From: Raillietiella orientalis
Taxonomy: Eukaryota
DNA length: 64,000 nucleotides
Assembly (NCBI GenBank): GCA_036172245.1
Contig: JAYWIR010000002.1
Location: 1,240,001-1,304,000 of the forward strand
Direction: 5' to 3'
Shown here: in pieces, positions 52,101 to 64,000 of the stretch
Numbering within the stretch: the stretch's first letter is position 1
How the letters are laid out: every line of letters begins with the position of its first letter
Program-made: the position numbers and the translations under genes
Notes under the pieces: model-generated
Seen by the model: only the letters and a program-made list of their open reading frames with translations
Told to the model about the DNA's origin: nothing
The model's database searches: none

Positions 52101-55100
52101 TTACCAATATAAATCCTTTTTCGTCCTACAGGGGAAGGGGTTGCTTGCCAAAAAATTATTACAACAGAAGAGGTCTACATGCTTTCACCACCAAAGAGTA
52201 TTGTGGACCAAACAGAGTGGAAAAGATTTCCTAAAATCTATCAGTAATAGTGGAAACCTAGGGAGTATAATTCGTCGCACCCTTGTGAACCTCAGAAGAC
52301 ATGACTTTTGTTTATATTGGATATAACGAATTACGAGGGAATTCGGAACTTTCCTGTTTTCCAATAACTGACAATTACAAAATGGGAACAGTGAAGGGCA
52401 CACACTACAACGAATCCGAAGGTTATCATTCGACGAAACCTTATCAAGGAAAAATGCACCAATGCACCTTATGCACCAATTACATATGATGAATTTGTAC
52501 AATGCTGGTAACAGAGTATGATTCTGGCAAATCCAGTGCTTCGAGAATCCTCAGGCTGTTTCCAAATGAATGGAGGAGATTTCATTTTTCAAAATAGATT
52601 ACATATACATAAAGTGAAGCTTATGAACGAAAGATTCATCAAATAACCAGTAACAAGGATGAATCGTGAAGATTACTGTAGGAAATGAATTGATTTGAAT
52701 ATTTTCGTGGATGATAAAATGTCAAAAACTTTCATTCCCACTTGTTTCAGTAGAACTCAACAAAGCAAAAAAAGGAGAGCAGAATGCAACACACAGGATA
52801 CATTATGCCTAATAGTAATTAGCATCAACTAACTGTGATATCGATTATAATCAGATATGAAGCAATGGGATTCGTTGGATGCTCCAGAAATCCATGTCTT
52901 AGGGACAATTGAGGGTAACCAAGCAACCAACTTTTATTTTTATTGTAGATATGATAATTGCCTTTTTTCGGAATTACAATTCCAAGTAAACCTTGACTTT
53001 AAACTTTCATAACAGCGAACAATCATTTCTCAAAACTCAACGCTTTTAAAATCATCAAACTGTGCACTCATTGAGTATTTGGTTATCAAAGTCCAAAATA
53101 CGTTGGTGTGCTGAAACTTCCACATTTGATTGCTGACGGATATTCAGTTTGAAATTGTAAAGCTAATGAGCAATAGAACACATTACTGTCGATACACACC
53201 GCTGCATGAATTCCATCAATGTTGTAATTCCAAGCTCCCCAGCCTTCTGGCTAAAATCAAAGTGTCTACAGGAGGCATCAAGGCATCACACCTGCATTGT
53301 AATTTCATGATGATACTAAGAATAGTTTCATAGTAGAAAGAAAAAACGATACCAATCACAAGCTAGACTGGTCCACTCTTTGTGCATTTGTAAAGCACAC
53401 AAACAAACTACTCAAGACAACACATCTGCTGCTCTATTAAAAATTGAAGTCCGAGATGTGTAAGCAGAAACCGAATTTGATATATCTGAGAACTGTGAAG
53501 TAGAAAATCAGGGAAGAAAAAACTGTGTTATGAGCTAAGCGGAAAGATACACCGGAATCGAGATCCATATTGATGCTTCTGATCAGTTCAGGAAACCATT
53601 TCCAAACGGCAGAACTGAGCATACTTAGCTTTCTTGATGCTCCACAGAAGCGAAGCACATCATCAAGTTTATTGATGATTAAATACAAGGCATTTAGCTA
53701 CTTATGACGTTGTCAGCAGCAGTCTGCCTTCTCCGATAAGAATCATCTTTTCTGAAGGAAACACTTACAGGAGCACGAGCAAGTTTCAGAAGTCAAAATT
53801 CAAGTATCTGAATTTTAATTCATGACCATTCTTGGGGAAAGACGATTCCGAAAAATGAAAGACAGGCAGCAAGGCGCATGCGAGACAAGACGATATGCTA
53901 ATATCACACCTCCGTCCGATTTTGAGACGGGGCAGCTCCCATGTGTGCTTAACAGAAAGCAGGAAATCATGATGTAATTATTTATCATAACTTTTCAAAT
54001 CCCTAGGAGATCTCCACCGAATTCTGAACATATTTTGCATTCTGACCGTCTGGGTTATGCCCATGAGCTTCAGAGAAATCCTGACGTGAACAGAAGCGTC
54101 AGGCAATGAAAACGCCATTGAGAGTATTTTGCAATTAGTGAGTATCATGGCAAGGACACAACTATTCTGCAACATCAAGGATTCGCGTGAAGTATAAAAA
54201 TCAAGTAGGAATGATCTTCCAACACTGGATTTTCTGGGACGAGAGGCACGATTTCGCGTAAATGACGTCATGCTCCTTTTTGAACCCGCAACCTGAAGAG
54301 TACGAAAACCACAATAGGAGATCCACCTTACACATAAAAGAGGAATTTTGAAGAGAGGAAAAAGATAGTTTTGTGTTTAAGGTAGACCTAGAATCTAATA
54401 AAACCAGAAAGGCAGCTCGAATTTACGATTTCGTTTATGAGGGACCAAACGGATAACATCTTCACAAAAGGTTTACGTACAAAAAGCCAAGTGACCGAAA
54501 ATTACAATAAAGTTTGCTTAAGCTGACGTGCAACAGGTTCAATCACCGCTCAACTGCTCCACCTTACTACCGTGATCCGCTCATCATTTTGCCAACTGCT
54601 CATGCACACAGTTGCTCATGTACATTGAAAGGAAGGAGAGTTCACAGCATTCGGTCCTGAGCAAATAAACCGATAACTCCAATGAGCAGAAATAACGTTA
54701 TCATTAAACGAAGACTGAATTTAGTTGTCGAACGAAAATGTTGTCATCCATTAGAAGATGACAAGGAGATCGTCAGAAGAGAATGAAATTCCGAGATACC
54801 TAGAACTGCTCGACTGTGGTTACCAACTTCAGTTCGGTTTTAATGAAAAGTAAGAACTACAAATACACTTGAACAGCACAATCTATAACATGCGTATTAT
54901 AAAAAAAATTAATCCATTGAAGATCGTGCTGTTCTCTTGCCAACGCTGCGGTGGTAACACCGAACTCTGAACAGACTGCCATATTCGATCCTTACAGGAA
55001 TCGGAAGCATGCAATGTGTTAGAATACATTACCACATGCATAGATCAACAAAAAGTGCAAAGGCTGCCGAGAATTACGTCAATGTAATTCCCTGCCATCT

Positions 55101-58100
55101 TTACTTTTGTATTTCAGAGACCTTCGTAATTAAATACGATTTGCTAAATCAACCCTTAATTATGGAGTGCACACGATGCTGTCTTGTCGAACTTCTGGGT
55201 GAAATTCCCCAAGCCCTAACACAGTTTAAACTGGCAGAAGTCGTGGGAAATGAGAATGTGCCAAGAGAAATGAAAGCATGAAGCAATAACTAAATGTCAA
55301 AGTTGAGCAGACAAGTCGATATGCAAGCGGTAAAAACATCCTTCAAATTCTAAAAAGGAAAAAAAAAAAAAAACTGTATGGTGGATTTTGGTTTTGAGAG
55401 CCTGATGATCTAAAATACTTTCATAAAACTTGAAAACTCATTCAATCAATACGTTGGAGACGTGTTAAAATCTGGCCTTCAAGCAGCCCGGACCGCATGT
55501 CCATCAAATGTCCTAACAAAGAATGTCAGGGAACCGATAAAATCATTATCATTACACATACTTTTCATGCATATTTTAAAAGTGCTGATGCTTATTACCG
55601 AGGAATATTAATATAAAAAAAAAAACGACAAGCACATCTTTGCTTCTCAGTCGAAAGCATCGATCATGGGAAAGAAATGCATGGGAATTCCAAAAAGGCA
55701 GGAGACGGAATCAGTTACGTCATTAAAAGGCCTCACCTACTCTGCTACGTAAAGGGAATGGAATACTTCCCTACACAAATAACAGATTCTTCAAACATGC
55801 ATTTATTCAGGAGAATCAACCTATCTGAACACAACTATTAATGAAAGCAATAGAGCAGTATTGCAAGATTATAACAGTTATACTGTTTGCCTGTGAACAT
55901 GATGGAACTACATGTCAATACAGAATTTTTCACGGAACATCAGAGATACATTTTTTCTGAATGAACACGCCACGTGTGTAACCACATTTTAAATTCATTC
56001 GCCCAATAACGACGATGTTTTCGATCACAATACTTAATTCGAAATGCACTGACTATTACTACGTATTTTTAATTTGGAAGCAGTTACTTAAACAAATTCG
56101 ACACTCATGAAACACAAAACGTGATCTGAAACATTCTATTGCATAACAAATGGGTGCAACACCACATGCTAAATGCAAGAAGTGAAATTTAAACCATTCA
56201 AAATATAGGAGGAACGTAAACATGAATAAAGGGGCTGATATAACAAAAAATGACGGTTTTTTGTGTTGAGAGATTTTTATCTTCAACTCAATGTTAAAAA
56301 AGTTTGAACTGATAATTCCCTATAGTGGACATAATGAACACAGCTTATTGCTAACTTCATAAAAATGACAATAAATACCCAATGAATAATGGAGGAAAGA
56401 ATCTGGGTAAGCTGTAAAAAAATATTTCAAATTCTAGTTTTGAAAACATTAGTCAGTCATTCTATCTTTTGTGAATGCAATTAATATCTTACTCTGTGCA
56501 GAAGAAGTGCTTTCATTATTTGAAATGGAATGCAGCTCAGAGAGGTCTTCACGTCTAGAAGAAATGACATCAATAAGCATACAACAGGCAACATTTGTAT
56601 CTGGCCAAAAACATGAATGATATTTACAAACGTTACGATCAAAATCACGAAACAGGGTATGGTAGGTAAATGCAATTACACATTTGAATGTAATGTATGT
56701 GAAACAAATCTCACAAAGCCAGACAATTGCCTAAAAATTCAGAAACAATGTAATGGCACATGTCGAAACATCAAATACACTGAATAAAATTCTGTTATCT
56801 ATCCTTTACAGACATCAAATTTCTGATGAAAGTTTATTTTTTGGTTCTCATAATCACACAAATGACTTTCATCCAAGCATTCAGCTATCATCATATCTAC
56901 TCTGATCATATGCTACAGTGAAATGCAACTGAAGTTCACACACTATTAGGTTACAGGATATCAGATTCAATTCATATGTCCAGGATTTTACTTTCAATCA
57001 CTGTTTTCTTTAACACAACTCAATTCTTAATACAAAGAATTTGATAAATATCACAAATGGAGATGGGAAAATCATATGAAGGGGGGAGGGGAGATGAATA
57101 AATCAATAAAAAGACTGTCAAATATCAATTAGTCTGTCAATTCTCTCATCAATAATTTGGAATAAATACATGCATCAACATTTCATAAATCATTAATAAA
57201 TGATGAGACTGATGTTTCTCACGAAAACTACCCAGAACAAAAAGCAATCACTGACATGCAAGGAACCAAACAGAAACTCTGAATACCCATTTTCATAATA
57301 ACATCATGTTAGTCTGAACAAACACAAGGCAGCACTTTTATTTCCCAACATACAATGGCAAATTTCAATTTCAACGATAATTAACATTAAGGATTGTTTA
57401 TTTCTGAGCTGCACATGCATGGTCTTTATGGTATCCAATTTAATAATGTGTTCTCAATGAGTACTTACAACTGGTTGAATCACATAATATAACACGAAAA
57501 ACAAGATATTTTCAATTCCTTCTACCAGAGACCTAATTTTCATTAAGCAACCAAGTTTTCCATGCAATGGTATTCAAGCATGCATAATTTTGGTTTACAG
57601 CATACAACATACTTTTTAATTGATAATTCAGATGACTTAAACTGGATACCAAGTCATAAGCTTTTTAGTTAAAAGATGAAAATCATTCACATTAATTTTT
57701 AATCAGCATGAAAGATGAATTTGCACTCGTGATTCGACTAAGTTACGAAGGAAACTGATAATTACTAACCTATAATTCCAGTATACTAATACTTACATCT
57801 ACACAAACATGAGGCAAACACACACATGCTAAAAATACCTACACACACACACACAAAAAAAAAGGGCTGTGCACACGGAATACACTTACATTCAAAGGCA
57901 CATTTTTAATTCCTTTCAATATTCTCTTACAATGGCTGATTTCATAAATTTTGCAGAATTTTTACAATTCTTAAGCTTAATTTTTTTATCAGTTCTTTTC
58001 AAGGACACGCTCAATCATGACAAAAATGCTAAGACTGTATCTACTTACTTAAATCGAGATTTCAGTTTGGGTGATAATGAGTACATGCGGAGTATTTTTT

Positions 58101-59418
58101 TTCCTTGTGTACCGAGCTGAAGGCGTGAAGAATTACTTGATACTGTGGAAGAATTTTCAAATGAAGATAACGAGCTTGCTGAATGAACACTGCTTGAAGT
58201 TAAGGGCAAGGATTTATTTCCACATGAAGAGTCTGTGGTTAGGTATACATAATCTCCTTCTTCAAGATCACTAGCTTCCAATGGGACACAATCATACACA
58301 TGGGTAAGGTCTAAGGCAGAATTTTCTTGTTTTGCTTCCTGATCTTCATTTGAAGTGGAATTCCAAATTAAAGCTTTCTCAGGAGGACAGTTTTCCTTCA
58401 ATATAACATCACTGTCAGACTTCTGGCAAATATCTTTTATTATTTTCTCATGATACTCTACATCATCCTGACTTGATAATGAATTATCAAGTTCCTCATC
58501 AAAAGAACTTTTTTTTCCAATACATTTTATGTCACCATCGGATATCTCTTCCCTTCTCACTCCATTATTAATTGTACAAGCTAAGTCTTTTTCTGTAAGT
58601 GGCACTTGATCTTTTGTTAACAAATGTGACAAAGGCACAGTGGATTTATTAACAGAACTGCATGATCTGAAACTTTTAGGTAAAGGCTTGGGTGGAATTT
58701 TTTGTGAAGGCAATTTACAATTTGTTTCAGGTACAATATCTAATTCAACAACTGACTGAGTTGTCTGAACAGTTTCAGAGATCAAAGTGACAACATCTGA
58801 ATGTTTATCTCCTAATGATGTATTTACATTATTCAGTGCTTCTCCCGATGTACGTTTAGCTAAATTTGATTCTTCATTTCGGAAAAGCACGCCATTATCA
58901 GGGGTTTCTTTGGGATTCTGGGAGTTAGGTAATCTGGTATCATTTTTAAATTCACCTGGTTTAACATGAATGACAGTGACAAATGCTTGTGAAAGATTTT
59001 CATTTGTATCTGCATACAGACTAGATTTCGATGATTTGGTTGGAACAGGGAGGCTATTGTTTCTATTAACCTGTGTTGTTCTTTCTTCATTTTTTTGGAT
59101 GTCTTCACAACTTAGACTTTTTACAATCAAATCAGATTTAGTAACATTTGCATATACATGTTTATCAGAATTGGCATTCTTCTCCATATCTTCCACGAAT
59201 TTTTCAAAAAACTCAACATAGTATTCTTCTTTCTCAAGCTCCTCTCTCAAATCCTGGATTTTTACTTTCACATTTTCTAACTCTTCTTTCAAAAATTCGA
59301 ATTTTTCCTTGTGAAATGCAAGCAGGGCCTGAATATCCTTTTCCCAATCCTTTGGAACTGCACATTTCGGGAATTTTCTTTTCCATGCTTCTTGAAAATT
59401 CCTAATAAAAAAACTCAT
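49165..59418 (-). CDS. BCR: BCR/ABR-family protein (N-terminal coiled coil, DH, PH, C2, RhoGAP; RhoGAP1A-like), ~1249 aa
   Basis: N-terminus FQEAWKRKFP...EELEKEEYYVEF (BCR oligomerisation-like), DH (ILKNEAEYL..YMKALKAT), PH (RKLRHVLLLSDVLICT), C2 (ETDVRGHFFLKAKT), RhoGAP (REVERRGLTEVGIYRVSG, NKMSLHNLATVFGPTLLR). Exons 59418-58049, 56554-56493 (tentative), 51952-51864, 51811-51701, 51655-51470, 51425-51219, 51166-51053, 51009-50890, 50841-50113, 50068-49899, 49861-49722, 49676-49436, 49375-49165 total 3750 nt. Confidence 0.92.
52050..55300 (-). mobile_element. Old DIRS-like relic inside the large BCR intron
   Basis: AWGISPRSSTR (RT), SWQNDER..AV (RNase H), GRSFLLDFYTSRESLMLQNSC..MAFSLP (MT-like, ORF 53978-54271), KLSMLSSAV, TLILARRLG (YR Arg box ~53238-53264), SVCPSL..VHNT (YR C-terminal, ORF 52185-52502). 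Confidence 0.4.
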
Positions 59419-59429
59419 ATTTTTTCCTC

Positions 59430-62400
59430 CATCAGGAAGTTGAGCCTTTCACATTTTCCCCGGATTATTCACGCTTAAATTTCAAAACTTGCAGCATAAT
59501 ACGACGATTTCTAAAAATACAAATTCACTGCTGCATTTGCATGCATTACGAGGAATACTTACAAGATAATTCGGTTAGGTAAAACCTTTTTCCCACATTA
59601 TGCAAAGTTTTCACAACGTACCGATTCAGACAAACATCTTAGCACATGCACAGTTCGACATCCTGCGTTTGCTCGTAATGCTTTTCATGTTTTCATTATC
59701 GTACGTTCCAACTCACATTATGCTTTGTTTCTTATCTTACACTTAAAAACTTTATCTGTCCAATCGCTGGCTGCGATAATCTCTGCACTCCGAACATTTG
59801 AGTGATAGTGTATTGACAGATTATGTAATTAGGGCAATTAATCAGTGATATAGAGTTACAATTGAATGGACACCCTAGTTATGAAAACGACTTTTTAAAA
59901 ATTCCAAGGTAATTGCAACAGCGGCAATTATGACCTCGAAATGATCAAAAACACATAAAGGGAAAAATCGAGGGAAAACTTACAAAGTTTTCCCTTCGTT
60001 TTGCTGGCTTACTAAGCTTACGCTTACATTCCTAATATGTTACTCATTGGTTTAGTTTATCACCTACAAAGAAACTTGGCTTCGGCATTCAGTTTAGGTT
60101 TTTGGTTCCATATCGAGGAAACTATTTAGCATGACTATAATTCTATGCATTGACATGTGTTTATTTATCCGACAGAAAGATAGGAACAAGCAGCATATGG
60201 CAATGCACAAAAAATAAATATACTTGCATGAAAATACAGAAAAAGAAACATAAAATCACATCCAGAAGCTGATAATAAGAATCTTCATTCTTATCACGGA
60301 AAAGGCCAGAATATACTGAATGGATGTTATTCATTTGAAAAGTTTTTTTTTTTTTTTTCCATGGTCCCCTACTTATTGGACTGTTTGCACTAATTTTAAC
60401 TTTACCTACTACTTCTACTAGATAAAGTTGAAATGTTGTACTTGTAAATGGTTGTTATCAGTACATCTACTTAGTTGCTGTCTATGTAAATGAAATGAAA
60501 AAATCCAAAGGGATATCTCATAAATTTCAATACTTTATGGATCATCGGATGCCTTTTCAAAGTTATTCACAAACTCTAACCTAGTTTTTATTGATTTTGT
60601 TTAAACTAAAAATTAGTTTGATTTGTCACACCAAGTACATGGCAAATCAAATAGTTTTGGATAGTGCACCAAAAATTAAGACCAAAGGCTTGTTCCGTTC
60701 TAGAATGAATGAATGGTATATGGTCTAAGCAAAAGCCATTGGATAAAAACACCCTGATTTACAGCCAGAATCTTGATGCTTATCCCTTGTAACTGTATGA
60801 GTATGAATGTATTCTTGTTTCTTGAACTAGGATCACTTATAAGATTTTTCGTCAGACTAATGACAATTCTTCAATAAACCAGAAGTACTTATGATTGCAT
60901 TCTCAGTGTGCATTCTCAATTCTTATTCTAAGAATAAAGCCATGCTTTAGAAGATGATCTGACATATTTGAAGTTCCTCTCGTCTGAAAGATGTGCAAAT
61001 GCTACGCAGACGCGTAAGAACAAAAATTAGAGGCAAAGTATGATGGTCCAAAGTGCCGGTTTGTGGCAATCGTGTTTGCCCTACATCCTCCACAGCTCCG
61101 GTGTTTTGTGTGTCTGCTGGAAGCTGCAAAGATCTCTATCACTGCCGAGCGGTAAACAAAGCGCGAAATATTAAGAAAAAAAGCTGCTACATAAGCAATT
61201 CGTAATCTCAAAAAGACCTCGCGTCGTAAACCTTAATTCGAAGAGCAGTTACCTATGAAGGAGATGCCTCTAGTCATACATGTGCATTGAGGGAAACTAA
61301 CAGAAAATCTGTTGCCTCCGTACAGAAGTAAGAACAACCGCAGCTTCAGCACTCACTTTGATTCCTTTTGTGACTCTATCGGACTTGAACCCGGAAGAGG
61401 AGATGCTCCCGCTCCGGTCTGAATGTTCTTACCAAAGGATCAAACTCTCAAACAGAGAAACTGGTGTGAAAGATGGCAACTTGGGCTAAGTCATGGATAG
61501 GGCAAAGACAGAGCCGTACATCAATGAAAGAGACTTCCAGAGAACCAGGAAGTTGTGATTATCAGGTTCTTAAGCTATGATGGGAGATGATAAAAATGAC
61601 TTTTCAGTGTTGGGAATGAAGAGCTTACAGAGCTTTTACAGAGCTTCTTGGCAGAGTAAGATTCTGTTAGGGAGGCACTGAGAAGAGAACCGCCATTTAA
61701 GGATAAATGACAGTCTTCTGGAAAGAGCATCCTCAACAGAGCTCCACTCCCTGTGTCCCGAAAAAAATGAAAACATTAAAGGTACTTTTATGTAATTCAC
61801 AGGATTGGAGGGTATTCTCAATCTAATGATTGGTTCTCCATACCTGATTCATCTCTTAGCGAAACGAGTCAAGCAATTCTGAAAAGATTAGCGCTCCATC
61901 CCAGACATCCCTAGAATGTGATCAAGAGTACTGAACAGAACGTGTTCCATCTTTCCATTGATTGAAGAGGTCGTAGTAGGCATCCATCTCCGCCTAAAGG
62001 AACAGGCGGTTCACTCTCATACATCTGCGAACGCTTGGATGCTCCTATTTTCGAAGAATCTCTGGAGAGAGCTTGTGGTTTCCGGACACCAAGACAATGA
62101 AACAGCTGAGCCAATCATCACAGCGATATTCAACACCACAGATCCCCGGCGCCGAGGATCTCCCGTGACTCCCAAAGCGGCTGGCTGATCTTGCAAGAAA
62201 GCGTAGAGACATCGACCTTGCATGTAACAAGAGACCCACTATCCGGTTCTTGCAGTTTAGTGCAGGGCGGAGCTGTTTCGTTCCTTCTCCGCCAGAAGAC
62301 TTTGAAACAAAGTGGTTGCGAGCTTTGGAAAACTAAATCTCCAGGAGACTCTCAAGTGGTTTTCCAGTTGGATTTTCCTGAAAGATTACCTTGGGCAGAT

Positions 62401-64000
62401 AGATCGAGCAGAACCCACTTGCCAGCAGGAAACCCGAGACTTTCGATAACAATGACAAACGCAGCTTATTAATGGAGCCATAGAATAGGACCAGTAACAA
62501 GCAGACTGAAGGTCGTGACTCCATCCTGGCTCTCTGCCTGTCCCATTCAGGAGAGAGCCATTGTTCCTGTTCCCAAAGCGATTTCTTGTCCGGAAACCAC
62601 AATGAAGCATCTGGAGGGAGCAGGAGAGTCGGAACGACGCAGAAAGAAAAGAGCAAGACCGATCGGACTCGACTCCATCTGGGAAACGCGACCTTGCCAA
62701 CTGTTGAGATGCTGCAAGAGTCATCTCTTGATTCTTTCTAGGAACGGTCGGAACCCGCCTTCTGGGTCTGTCGAGAAGGAGGAGAGAAAGAGAAAGAAAA
62801 GGAGATCTGACGAAATCCTTCCTCTCTTTCCTCGGAATGAAGAGTGTCCATGCGCAGGAAGGGCATCCACGGGTCCAGAGCATCTGCAGCAGCTGCACAA
62901 ACAGGGGGTTGGTGTCCCACAGTCAACAGCTACCCACGTCCAAGGTTCCCAGAAGAGCTAAGAGAGGAAGGGATGCTCCCAACGAGTCCATACACTTTGT
63001 TTCCTCTCCTCCTCCTTTCCCCCACTTATCCTTCCTCCTACCCAGAAAAGGGACAAAGAAAAAGTCTTCAATCCTGCTGAGATTTTCGCGTGACAGGAGC
63101 GTTAGAGAAAGAAAGAATGACTCTGATCGGCTGTACTCTTTCTGATGAGCAGGTCCAGAAAGGAGCTAGGTTCCTCATGGTGCCACCGCAGGAAGGGAAG
63201 GGCAGTTCGCCCTTCCCTTTTAGCCGAATAGCTTCAGTCTTCGACTCCCCTGGATCTTCTTGATGTCGCGAACTGCTCCCGTCTCCCAAGGGAGAAGGGG
63301 CTCTCCTGGACCTTCTCGAAGGACTGAAGGCGAGGGGCCCCCTGTAGGGAAGCAGCAGCTACAAAGGCAGGAAACGGATCCTCCTACGCCATGAGCTCTC
63401 CTCCCAGCAGGAGAGACTGCAGAGGCGTCTCTCGCGGCCAATGCGAGGAGGACGTTCGCTCTTTAGGTTTCCAGAACCAGTGGTAGGAGCTCGGGGGAAG
63501 GAAAGAGAGGCAGACTGTGCTTAGAATGGCGTCGTCAGCCGGACCTCCTTCCTCTCCGCATTACTCGTGTTGTCTCCAAAGGTAGAGCTGAGCAAGGTGT
63601 TGCCAGGGCGCCTCCCGCCTCTCCTCGGCGATCCTCAGGCGGGGGCGACTGCTGTACGAGAGCTTGCCTTCCTCTGAGGACAGCGCTTTCCGGCGGACAG
63701 AGACGATAAGGGACACAAGAGTGCTCCACCCCCCCCACCCTGTCCACCTCGGAGGGAGGTTGCGCGCTTCCTCCTCTTCCTCTGGAGGAGTCTTCCCAGC
63801 GCCACGCCCTCCGCGCCGGTGCTTCCTCAGGGCAGCAGCCGAGGCCCTTCGTCCCAGGGACGGAGACTCGAAGCGAGGGGCGGGCTCCCCCCAGCCTTCC
63901 TGCACAGCGGCGCTGCTGGTCCTGCCCTTCTCTCTTCTCCTCCGGAAAGTTTCCGTCCCTTGCTGCCGCGCGGGGGTAGCGATTCGCACTCACGCGGTGG
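59430..64000 (-). mobile_element. Decayed DIRS-like retrotransposon upstream of BCR (runs off window)
   Basis: GC-rich low-complexity gag-like region 63000-64000; RT SLLSKV..SGFCSIY..KARNHFV..GRSSAP..YRCDDWL (62100-62460); RNase H end EDALSRRLSFILKW (~61690-61735); YR YRSAVIEI (~61135-61160) and LCMC*DVCLNRYVVKT (~59605-59655). Confidence 0.5.

Noticed and set aside
53553-53622. Alternative coding first exon of BCR (MLSSAVWKW...)
   Set aside because: Weak donor (GTGTAT), and the sequence fits the YR N-terminal part of the intronic relic.
62515-63993. Several 100-170 aa ORFs on both strands as genes
   Set aside because: GC-rich, low-complexity and overlapping; consistent with decayed retrotransposon gag/RT sequence.

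Overview
Eukaryotic (animal, arthropod-like) genomic window with very short spliceosomal introns (mostly 37-60 nt). Six protein-coding genes splice into frame by hand: a secreted single-FAS1-domain protein (+), NBAS (-), archease/ZBTB8OS (-), BDP1 (-), a TBC1D10-family RabGAP (+) and a BCR/ABR-family RhoGEF-RhoGAP (-). The last two are convergent, with only 51 bp between stop codons. Much of the non-genic DNA reads, by eye, as highly decayed DIRS-type retrotransposon sequence (RT, RNase H, methyltransferase-like and tyrosine recombinase [YR] motifs broken by stops and frameshifts). Main finding: each conserved housekeeping gene, and a probable internal BCR start, appears to begin at the YR C-terminal end of a co-oriented DIRS relic. 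Relic orientation flips where gene orientation flips, and 1-11.7 kb is a same-strand stack of such relics. An ~860-nt GC-rich island (4637-5498) has a tRNA-like Pol III head, many UUCG/GNRA hairpins and complementary ends. All DIRS calls are manual motif matches that need HMM/tBLASTn confirmation.
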